Part shown: one piece after another, positions 53,681 to 64,000 of the stretch
How the letters are laid out: each line of letters opens with the position of its first letter
Numbering within the stretch: the first letter of the stretch is position 1
Source of the DNA: Camelus ferus
Lineage: Eukaryota
NCBI RefSeq assembly: GCF_009834535.1
Contig: NC_045707.1
Coordinates: 52,640,001-52,704,000, forward strand
Length of the DNA stretch: 64,000 nucleotides
Reading direction: 5' to 3'
Position numbers and translations under genes: made by a program
Notes under the pieces: generated by a model
Database searches by the model: none
What the model was told of the DNA's origin: nothing
Seen by the model: the letters and a program-made list of their open reading frames with translations, nothing else

Positions 53681-56600
53681 CTAATATGACAGAAGCACTG
53701 TGTGAACGTATGAATAAAAAAGATCCTCTAATAAATAAACTTGTCCCAGCTCACAGTTCGCTTTCACCATTAATTGTGCCAATGTAGCTCCTTTAAGATT
53801 CTGGCATTAAACAATGCTGCCTTTCTCTAGTTTACAATTTGGAATCCAGGCCTTCATTGAAGGAGAGATTTTTCATTTATTTTGCATTTGAAAGGCATGC
53901 ACTGTCCTGGGTGTATTTAAGGGTTTTCTCGGTGACTTGATCATAATTTGCTGAAATATTTTACAGAATCTGACCCGGGCGGAGCCTGACAGCGCTGTGA
54001 AGGGCAGACCAGTTCTTCCTGATCTGAACAGTGGTCAGTCTGTGGAAGTCAGTGCAGCTGGAGGCCGGGCTGCGTCAGAAGCCCAAGGCCCAGGCTCTCA
54101 ACTTGTGGACTTTCAGGACTCAGACCTTCCTAGTGCGACAAGCAGAGACAGACGCCGGCAATCTCTGCAGGACCCTGAGTGAGCATTTGCCTGGAACATA
54201 TTATTTTTCCCGGCCTTTAGCCCTGATGAGGGAAGAGTCTAAAAGGCCCTTGGAATCCACCTTCCATTTTAAACGTAAGTTGGCTGAACCCCAAGCAGGG
54301 AGGATGAGTTACTCATAGTCCCACAGCCGGCGGGTGGAAGGGACAGGTCAGAACTTGTGTTGTCCGTATTTCTGACTCCCAGTCCATGTGTCTCTCTACC
54401 AGACCTCCGTTTGCAGCATGGGAGATGGCCTGGTGAGTGGTCCACTCAGAGTCAGAGGCGTCAGAGGCACAGAAGTCCAGAGCCAGAAAAGACCGAGCAG
54501 TGATGACCTGGGGTTCCACTACTCCTTTCAAATATGAGCTTACCCTGAAGCCCATCACAGTAATACTGTATTATTTTATATTATATCACATCACATCATG
54601 TCATATCATATCATTACACAGCACATAGGATATTACACGAGAAAAGCTAGCAGGGCTGTGGGTGAAGTCAGGCAGTAGCTGGGCCCCTGGCCCCAACCCC
54701 TCTCTTACCTGCCTTCTGGCCAGCTAGCACAGAAAAAAAAAAAAAAGGAAGTTAAAATGGAAAAAATAAGTATCAAGAAAATGCAACTTTCTCTAGTAAA
54801 GGACCAAGAAGAAAGGAAGATGAGCAAGACTAATGGGGGGCAGAATGAGACAGGAATGGGCGTCTGGGCGACCGGAATATCAGGAGAAGCAGGAAGGTGG
54901 ACGCCAAGCCACTGTGATCATCTCAGGTCAGCTGGCAGCATCAAGGGACAGGAGACTGGCACAGGCTCACCCAGAAATTCATTCCATGGGAGACTGTAGT
55001 GAATACAAATGGTGCCTGCTTCACGACATTTATATCAAGATCTCGGTGGGTCTAACAGAAAGTGGAGAAATAAAACGTAATTCCAAAAGAAAAAATTGGA
55101 TTCTTCTCAAATCTGTGGCTGAAATGGATGCGTCTTTCAACCAGAACAACTCTATTCTACAAAGCATTACACAGCTGCTGTAACCCTTAGCTGAAAACGC
55201 TGATCCTCGAAAAAGAACAAGGAAGAAAACACTGAAAATGAAACAACGACACCAGGAGTTCTGTAAAAAGGCAGAAAGGAAATGACTGTATGCTGGTTTT
55301 GCATAATGTTGTGTATCCTGTGTAGGAGCTAAGAGAGGCTGTGCACCCAAAAGAAACAACCAGAAATCGCAGCATTAACAAGACTTGGGTATTTTTCCAA
55401 GTGTTTCCAAAGAGCTGAACGTTGGATAAGATGTCTGGATGTTGGGTTACATTTTCTCCAGCACAGTGAAGTCTGAGGACACAGTTGGACTGATTAACCC
55501 GGAGGACAAACGATGTAGGCGTCCAGGTAGCAGGTTTTGCCTTATTCCTGAGCTCGGTACCGTCCCCTTTACTGCGTCCCTGTGACTGAACCAGGTCTGG
55601 TCGCTGACCAGTCACAGGATGACATATTTGGAGGTTAACAATGCAGAACCCTGACCACCAGCCAGAGACGAGTGTAGACCCAGAATGACTTGGGCGACCA
55701 AGTCAATAAAAGCTGTTTCCCTTAGAAAGTGGGTAACAGAACCCTCCTCCCAGAAACGGCATGAAAGCTGCTTGTTTCTATTTATTAAAATTATTCCTGC
55801 CACGATGGTACAGCAGTGGGTTTCTGCAAAGGGAGGCTCATCTCTACCATGAACTTGTTGCAAGAGAAGATGTTACATGTGAAACCAGAGACACCATTAG
55901 AGAGAGAGGGAGAGAGATGCATTAATTTTATTAATTATAATTTAATTAATTATTTATAAATTGGTGAAGGCTTGGCAATCTCTTGCTAATGCTAATCGCT
56001 GGCTTCTCCCCTCAGATGTTGGATCCCCAGGTTAGCCTTAATTGAAAAATGGCAGATGTGTGTGTGTGTCTGTGTGTGTCTGTGTGTGTGGCGGGGGGCG
56101 GGGGAGGGGTTATGGGCAGTGACAGGAAGCAATTCAGGCTGAACAGAAAAAGCCACCTGGACTGTAGCAGCTGCCAGCACCAAGCCAAGAGGCTTGCTGT
56201 AAGGCGTCCCGCTCGTGGAGCACGGTGGGTCATCACAGGCGAGGCAGGCCGCGGTCCCGCGGGGAACGGGACTCCACACTACACAGGATGCTACAGATCA
56301 TGCTTAGGAAACTTCAAATGGAAAAACCTAGCGATTTTCCTCAGACGTGTCACTGTAGCTGTGTATTAAAATATGCAAATATTTTCCAAGGATGCCAGCT
56401 TCATCGTACTTAGCTCATCCACGTCCGGCACATTAAGTGCCGCCTTAAATTGATACATTCGGGCTATGATTTCAACACGGCAGTCCCTGGGGTCTTCTTT
56501 CTCTTCTGAGTTGATCTTGGAGAGCTCCCCACAGAGTATAACCTTGAGAGCTGCTTGGATGGATAGGTTCTGTATTCACTGCGGAGGCTGAGTGAGCAGA

Positions 56601-57209
56601 TAAAAACGTCGCCCTGACGGGCGGCCCTCCTTGATTACTAGAGCCCGACCCCAAGGTGCAAATCTGACGGATCCTGCTCCTCTTAATACCCTTGATGCCT
56701 TGAGAACGTTTCACGCTCAGCGCCCGTGAGCAGCTCCAGGAGTGGACGGTAGACGCCAGCCTCCTGGGTGCGTCCTGTGCTCTGTGTTCCCGCCTGGTCT
56801 CCAGCCTCGCTGCTCGTCACTGTATCATTCTGCACTTGAGGCACCCGGAGCTGACTGCTTTCCCACATCTGCTGTGCTCCCAAACATCCCCAAGCGTGTC
56901 AGGAGTCATTAGATTGTGTGCCTGGAACAGCCGCCTCCTTCCTCTCCACCTGGCTGCCTCCCTCCCCCTCGTCACTCAAAACCAGGCCAGATGCCACTTC
57001 TCCCACCCCCTTGGCGGAGCCATCCTTCCCTCCCGGTGCCTGGCTCTGTCTCCCACCGCCTCCTCACACAGCATCACCATTGCGTCACGCACCCTTGTCA
57101 CTGTGGGCCTTTGCAGAGCAGGAGCTGTCGGATGTTACGACCTGGTGCCCAGAGCAGTGGCCCAGATGGGCAATGACAGGTGCAGTGGCCGGACAAGCTC
57201 GGTATGCAA

Positions 57210-57608
57210 GCAGCGTGGACGGACCTGGAGGTCGTTGTTCTAGGTGAAGGAAGAGAAAGAGAAACACCGCATGGCATCACTCATGTGGAATCTGAAAAAA
57301 GGACACAAATGAATTTTTCACAAAACAGAAACAGCCTCACAGACATAGGAAACAAAAGTGTGGTTACCAGGGAGGAAAGGGGGGAGGTGGAGAGGTTAGT
57401 GGGGAGTTTGGGATTAGCAGACGCACACTATTATTATATATAAAACAGATAAACAGCAAGGTCCTACTGTGGACCCAGGGAACTGTATTCAGTATCTCGT
57501 AATAGCCTATAATGGGAAAGAATATAGAAAGGAATATATACGTGTACAACTGAATCACTATGCTGTACACCAGAAACTAACACAGCATTGTAAACTGACT
57601 TAAAAAAA
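57210..57608 (+). mobile_element. 5'-truncated artiodactyl-type L1 3' end
   Basis: tcactcatgtggaatctgaaaaaa..acagaaacagcctcacagacatag..ggagtttgggattagcaga..gctgtacaccagaaactaacacagcattgtaaa followed by an A tail. Confidence 0.85.
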
Positions 57609-59949
57609 CTCACAGCCCTCCTTTCTGAAAAAGATGTATTAGAGGTGCATTTTACAGACCTATGGGACTATCTGAAGTTGTGTAAAATTGCTTGACCAAG
57701 GACTGATCGAATGTGACACGTGTTCAGAAAACCCCTGCCAGGTAAGGAACACCTAACTTCACAGACTCTGACGCCAAGGCACGGGTTGCAGGAGAGGGGC
57801 ATTAATTATGATTTTATTCAGCCAGTTTCTATAAAGTCGTCATATCATGCATTTGAGATCACGCAAAGGGTCCTGAAAGTATGTTTTCACGTACCCCCGC
57901 CTCCCGGTCCCTGTCCCTGCACCATGGAAGCCGCGGTGCGGCCGGAGCGGCAGAGTAAGGGCTGGGGAGGGCCTGCCTGAGACGCTCAAGGCTGCTGTTT
58001 AGGGGGACAAGCCCATACTCTCCCAACTGTCTCACCAGACTACTCTGCGGCTTTTCCTTGTACCACGGACAGCACACGCCCCCTCTCAGCTGGCAATCCT
58101 GCCTCCCACCAAGAAAACAGAGGCAAAACAGGGACTTCGCACCCTCCCTCCACAGGAGTCTGCCGAGCACCTGCCCCACCCCCCGCCAAGAGGGACAAAG
58201 TGCCCGTGTGCCTGTCACCCCTCGCTGCGGCGGGAACCCCATCACCTCCTCGAGGATCTCCCTCCTGTGTCGCATCTTATCATTACCGGCTATTCCACGG
58301 TCTATTCTTCTTTGTCAACTCATTCCCATTAGGCTGCAGTGTTTCTCATCTTTAAGAAAGAGCCCCTCCGTCCAGTCTGCAAACCAGGACACAAACCAGT
58401 GGCCCGTCCTGCCTGCACGCGATCAACCAGGAATCTCGGCTAAGACTCACTCTCACTTCCCTCGTCAGCGTGATTTCAGGTTCAAGCCTTTCTTCATGCT
58501 GAACACCTGGTGGCTCTGCTCCACCGAGCGTCCCCAGACCCAAAACAGAGGGACCAGGAGCCAGCCGCTGAGCAGCTGGGGCAAGGGCAGTGCTAGTGAC
58601 CTGGGGGCGTGCGTTCACGCTGTGCGAGTGAGCAGAGCAGAGTTTCCCCAGGTCAAGCGCAGCACAGCATCAGGCCGACAGGCTAAGGTGAGCAGAGGGC
58701 TGGGAGTTAACAGATGCGCATGGCTGTCCCTTGACTGCGACTCAGCATGGCCCCGGGATCCAGCAGGTAAAAAGTCAGGAAAGCAGGATCAAGATCTCGC
58801 AGAAGCCGCCCTGTTTGTGCACATTCGGGGTCCAGGCTGCCCTGGAACAGGGACTGGGGAGCACCCGACAGCCTGACACGGACACCTGCACCCTTTTTGC
58901 CTCCAAAATGATCTGACCTGCAGGACCGGGGATGGCAGCTGCCCCGGAGATGAGGAAGGTTTTTTATGTAGCTTGGAAAAGAGCCCACAGAGCCACAGAA
59001 AGTCAGGGTTCAACAATAAACCAGCCTTAAATCCGTGCAGCGCCGTGCTGTCAGCATGTGTGCCCTGCGCGCAAATTCCCCGCAGGTAACTCAGCACTAA
59101 GCACTCAGGACCTCTCAGCACCCCTCCCCGTCATGCGCTGCAGGGCTTCCTGCACTTCCAGCTGTGACTGGGTCTCCTAGAAGACGCAGCCCTGGGTGTG
59201 ACTGCAGCTGAAATGTCAGGATTTCCATACGGACAGCTTCTCCGGCTCCCGCAATCCCCCCAGCAGAGCGGGAAGCCTTTCCAGTGCACGCTTGTATGTA
59301 TTCATGCGTTTACTTCCATAACAGCAGCTGCATTCCAGAACCCACTGGTCTGATCATTTCAACTCTGCTCTGCTTGGAAATCTGATAGAGCAAAACCCAA
59401 AGAAAAGACACTGATGTTACAGTTTATTCCACGTGATGGCCACCTGCCGCTACAGAGTCAAGTTGTCGCCTGTGAACTTCAGGGCGAATTTCTGCCAATA
59501 AACAGCCTGGGAGGGGTAGATCGGGGAGTTAGAACCCTTCTGAGTCACCTCTGAGGGCTCCGTAGACGGCTGCTCGTCTGAGAAAGGACTTACCCATGGA
59601 ACCCTGCTGCCGTGGTTCTTACTCGACTAAGCCAAAGGCTTTTGCCCGAATCAAAGCTCAGTTTCAGTGATGTCCCGCCTCCTTTGTTTGCACCATCGTC
59701 CTTGGACAATCTGCTGCTCCCAGCGCCCGACCTACGCCTCCCCAGGCTCTTCCATCATCACTCACTCCGCACCTTCATCATCCTGGAAAATGAGAACATA
59801 GACCGAAATCTGGTGTCACTTTTTTCATCATCAATTGCAGTGGAAACCTGAGTAACAAGAACCTGGACGGGACATATGTTGGCACCAACAGACAGAGCAT
59901 CTGATCCCTCCACTCTGCAAGGGCGTTTTATTTTATTTTGCTTTATTTT

Positions 59950-60095
59950 TGCTGCATTTGACTCATCACTCTCATCTGCTGTGACCGCCCTATGAAGTCC
60001 ATGGGGACCAAGACGGACTCTTGGCCATACTTTATTTCTAGCATCTAGCACGTGTCTGGCACGTGAGAGACACGTGTGAAATAGCTGTTGGGTCA
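59950..60095 (+). mobile_element. L2 3' end
   Basis: tctagcatctagcacgtgtctggcacgtgagagacacgtgtgaaatagctgttg aligns to the L2 tail (cctagcacagtgcctggcacatagtaggcgctcaataaatatttgttg) as recalled. Confidence 0.6.
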
Positions 60096-60249
60096 TTTCA
60101 GGAGGTCATCATGGACCAGTTCACTAAGAAGGCAGGTCGTCACCTGCTTGTTCATCTGGTAATAAGGTCAGTGGGGGAGGTGAGGCTCTGGAGTCGTTTG
60201 TTTCAATAGTCCAGGTTCATGATACTAAAAGGTAAACACAAATTTGAAT

Positions 60250-60680
60250 ATTTTATTCATTTATCCCACAAATCTGTGATGTCTGTCACGTGCTAAACAC
60301 GTAAGCAGTGAGGAAACACATAAAGATGCCTCTCTGAATAGTCACAGTGGGGGGTCGGGCAGTAGACAAGGGAACCACACATGCACATTTACCTGAGTCT
60401 AAGGAAAACAGGGCAGCGGAGAGGCTGGGAAGGGCCGGGAGGGGAGTGAGGCATCGCCGCGTCAGCTGCAGTGACCAGGCAGAGCCTCAGGTGAGCCACG
60501 TCTGAGTGAGCTCCCAAGGGGAGGGCGGGGCGACCATGCACGTGTCTGAAGGAGGGGTGCTCTGGTGCCCAGGCTGGGACACAGTGGGAAGCCCAGGTGT
60601 CCTACAGGCCTGGCTGGAGCAGAATGAACGAGGTGTGGGGACCAGGAGGTGAGGTCACAGGTCATACAGATCATAGTATT
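60250..60680 (-). mobile_element. L2 fragment
   Basis: Antisense L2 tail ttattcatttatcccacaaatctgtgatgtctgtcacgtgctaaacac plus L2-like body (ggctggagcagaatgaacgagg..gaggtgaggtcacag). Confidence 0.55.
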
Positions 60681-62596
60681 TTATCCCCCATTTGAAAGAC
60701 AAAAACCTTGTCAAGATAAAAGAAAGGGGTTTTCTTCACCCCGACCTTACCATTATAACATATTTACAACCCAGCATGCTTTCTATCCTGAAAATAGGGA
60801 AAATGCAAATGTGCTAAGATGCTGAAAATTTAAAACCATCAAAATAGGACGAGAACATGACCTTGGCCAAGGGAAGCAGAGAAAGGCAAGCACAGAGGGC
60901 ACCATCCTGATCTCAGGATTATTCTGATAATTCAGCCGCCAATGCTTTCATCGCAGAGCAAAGCCTCCGCGGTATAAATTTTTCTAGCTCTGGCAGCGCT
61001 GTTTCCCATGCGATTGCTTTCAAAGTAGAACACATTCTGGTGCTAAGTGTGCACACCTCGGTACTGAGTGTCATTTCTTATTCTGAGGATGGAATATTAA
61101 AAACAAACATGGGCAGCCCCTGTGATAATAAAATAAACACACTCCAGTGAGAACATAAGGGCAAAATAAAAATATTTAAATGCTGAATTTGTTTTAAAAA
61201 AAAAAGAAAGAAAGGGAAAAACAAGCCACTGTTTGACTTTTTAGAACTCACTGGCTTGAAATGAATTATTTGCTGATTAGGAATTTTTTTTTAATTAATA
61301 GTATCTGGTTAAAATAGCAAATCTACCCTTCCTAGATTAGATAGGCCCAAATTTTATATAACAGCATAGAAATTAATTAATAAAATTAATTTTCTACTAA
61401 TGCAAATAAGTGTCCTTCACACACAGCAGACAAATAAAACCATCAACAAAATCGTGGTTTAATTATTTCCTCAGTAGCAACTTGGAATCAACACATCAAC
61501 CTAATATTCACTGTGAAGACTTCCTTCCCATCATGGTCACTTGCTCTTAGGTGGTTTCAGGCAATCAGAAGGTGGAGAAAAGAGAACAGCTTTCATTCAT
61601 ACTATAATAACAACTTCTAAAAATTACAGATTTAATGTTTCAAAGGGAGCAACACGAGGAAAAGGCAATGAATAAAGAAGTTGGGCGCTGGTGTGTGTCA
61701 CTGTTCTGGCATCCACTTCCAGGGCCAAGAAAAACAGAACCATTCGTCTCAGCGCACCTGGCTCCAGCCTCGCCCCCTGGATAAATCAAAGAGCGGAGCA
61801 GATGTCCATGAATCCAGGCTCTCAAGTTACTTTCCGGCTTTGGTCACCAGAGGACTGTGCGACCTTGCAAAGCTTGCTTCCCTCCCCTAAACACAGTTGG
61901 TTGTGGACACAGGTCCTTCTGCGCGACAATCACTAAATGATGCTTCTCATCGGAGAGGTGTGTCCCGTTCAGTTACTTCCAATGCACGTTTCCTCACAGC
62001 AAATCATGTTTTCTTATTGACCTTCTTGATATAAGCCAAGTTACGTTCCTGTAAGGAAAATACAGATTTCGCAGACACGGCATTCAGGTGCAGGTCCCGC
62101 TGAAAAAGTCTGACGTTATGTTAGGAACCTTCACGAAATCTAATTCTTACAGCAACGGTTATGAACTACAACAATGTCGTTACTATTTTTTCTTTTCTTT
62201 TTTCTTTCTTTTTTTTAACAGGTAAAGATCTGGGGACTCAGCGCAGATAAGTGCCTTACCGAGGCGACAGACCAACAAAGTGCTCCCACGGGACTGAAAA
62301 CTGGGCTCTTCCCTGCGTGTTTCCCACGCAGTGAACCATCCCTGAGCAAAGGGAGGCAGCCGTCTCCCAGCAGACGCCCTCCGGGGCCCAGCAGCCCTGC
62401 CTGGCCGCAGTTTTATCTTTACAGACTTTCCTTGCTCGTGTGCTGCTTCTGTGGCACTGACCTGCCCCCCGACCCCTCACGTCCCGTCCCCCGGGCCAGG
62501 GAAGCAGCGTCTCTGTCAAAGCAGCAGTGAAGCCGCAGCTGCTGCACCAGGACCACTTCCTTGTACCCCCAGCCCATGGGCCAGCTGTGCTGCGGA

Positions 62597-63092
62597 GCTG
62601 ACCCGCCGGGAGGTGCTGACCCGCCGGGAGGTGCTGACCCGCCAGGAGGCGCTGACCCGCCAGGAGGCGCTGACCCGCCGGGAGGCGCTGACCCGCCGGG
62701 AGACGCTGACCCGCCAGGGGGCGCTGACCCGCCGGGAGGTGCTGACCCGCCGGGAGGCGCTGACCCGCCGGGAGGCGCTGACCCGCCGGGAGACGCTGAC
62801 CCGCCAGGGGGCGCTGACCCGCCAGGGGGCGCTGACCCGCCGGGAGGTGCTGACCCGCCGGGAGGCGCTGACCCGCCGGGAGGCGCTGACCCGCCAGGGG
62901 GCGCTGACCCGCCGGGAGATGCTGACCCGCCGGGAGGCGCTGACCCGCCAGGGGGCGCTGACCCGCCGGGAGATGCTGACCCGCCGGGAGGCGCTGACCC
63001 GCCAGGAGGTGCTGACCCGCCGGGAGGTGCTGACCCGCCGGGAGGCGCTGACCCGCCGGGAGGCGCTGACCTGCCAGGGAACGTTGACCCAC
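62597..63092 (+). repeat. GC/CpG-rich minisatellite (VNTR), 27 full copies of an 18-bp unit GCTGACCCGCC(G/A)GG(A/G)G(G/A)(C/T)
   Basis: Exact 18-bp periodicity from 62597 to 63082 plus a partial copy. Confidence 0.98.
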
Positions 63093-63124
63093 GAGAACCT
63101 TGGGTTCTTCAGAGATGTGATGTT

Positions 63125-63290
63125 ACCACTTACAGCTTTATTGGCCTTGAGCAAGTGGCCAAACTATGTAATCTTCAATTTTTTTTAAACAAAATAGCTA
63201 GGGGAGTAATAGTAACTATCACCTAATATTGTTGCAAGATTTAAATGAGATACGGACTCACAGGGCCTGGCCCGCTGTCAGTCCTCCGTG
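63125..63290 (+). mobile_element. MIR fragment
   Basis: ccacttacagctttattggccttgagcaagt..gtaatagtaactatcacctaatattgttgcaagatttaaatgagat. Confidence 0.6.
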
Positions 63291-63499
63291 ACTGTCGCCT
63301 GCTGTGACCGCTGCGCCGGTGCGTCTCCGCGGGAAGCCCTGGCCCGCCGTGATAGCACCCACGTAGATTTTTTCGTTTTAATTAATGAGTAAATATATCC
63401 CCAGTCTTGAAAGATCCTTCAGTGCGTTTCTTCACTGCACGGGGAATCCCATCCCTTGTGGAGGCGGGGAAGTCGTGCTCCAGACAGTGACTGGCTCCA

Positions 63500-63735
63500 A
63501 GGCCAGGACGTCGGGTGTCCAGGTTGCTGTGCTGTTTTTATTTACGGGACTTGGGCAAGTCACTCACTCTGGGAGCCTCAGTTTCCTCGCCGTGCTTGGT
63601 GATAACGGGCCTGCATACCCTTAGGGTTTCAAGAGGATGGAATAAGATGACTGAATAAGTTATCTGCATGAGATAATAACCTCGCCTCCTCCCTGTTTTT
63701 AGTGGCTGGTGCCTAGCGTACACTGTGCAGTCATC
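63500..63735 (+). mobile_element. MIR fragment
   Basis: gacttgggcaagtcactcactctgggagcctcagtttcctc MIR core. Confidence 0.65.
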
Positions 63736-64000
63736 ATGGCGTAAGAAGATATTATTAATATTCTTTTAAACATCATGGTTTGGTCCCCAAATACCAAGAA
63801 AAAGGCAAAAATCACTGAGGCAAGCTCAGTTTGTGAGTATCTGTGCCTGACACCTGACACAAGACTCTTTATCTAGGTTTATGTGGAAGGGAGAACAGAC
63901 CTGCAGAACCACTGCCAACATCATTGAGCAGATCGACTACCATTCACGCTGCTTAAAGTCACCGGCTGCCCACTTTTCAGCCATGGGCTTTCAGGAAAAC

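Noticed and set aside
58058..58876. 272-aa ORF
   Set aside because: Non-ATG start, no recognisable domain, and composition typical of GC-rich non-coding DNA.
62186..62227. Long pyrimidine tract followed by AACAG|GTAAAG, resembling a recursive splice site
   Set aside because: It falls in a MIR-like ttttacag position with an expanded T-run. The donor is weak and no plus-strand host transcript is evident.
62597..63092. Repeat array as a CRISPR array
   Set aside because: Head-to-tail units with no unique spacers, no cas genes, and the DNA is mammalian.
62256..63226. Four long overlapping ORFs (212-278 aa) with hexapeptide repeats (LTRREA, GADPPG, AGQRLP, RVSASR)
   Set aside because: They arise because an 18-bp GC-rich unit lacks stops in most frames. 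They are open on both strands, with no unique domain or gene context.

Overview
Mammalian genomic DNA, almost certainly camelid (alpaca/camel). Two tRNA-derived SINEs have the structure of the camelid Vic-1 family, and there are artiodactyl-type L1 3' ends. I can support no host protein-coding gene, so the window looks intergenic or deep intronic. Much of it is transposon-derived. It contains a full-length but decayed ~7.1 kb LINE-1 on the minus strand (15077-22159, with TSD, 5' YY1-type motif, ORF1 and ORF2), two ERV1-type solo LTRs, several MaLR/ERVL LTRs, old L1M/L2/MIR fragments, hAT MITEs and microsatellites. Repeat family names come from remembered consensus sequences, not a database search, and old-repeat boundaries are approximate. 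I found no convincing novel multi-gene system. The most interesting unexplained signals are regulatory or structural: (1) a 27-copy, CpG-rich 18-bp minisatellite (62597-63092) whose unit is essentially a CTCF motif, with a lone opposite-facing CTCF-like site in a CpG patch at ~51.3 kb; (2) three perfect E-boxes spaced 5 nt apart (double ChoRE geometry) inside an L2 tail at 60049-60076; (3) a 74-bp, 72/74-identical segment shared between an LTR and unique DNA 2.8 kb away; (4) a candidate 15-nt minus-strand microexon at 54709-54723.
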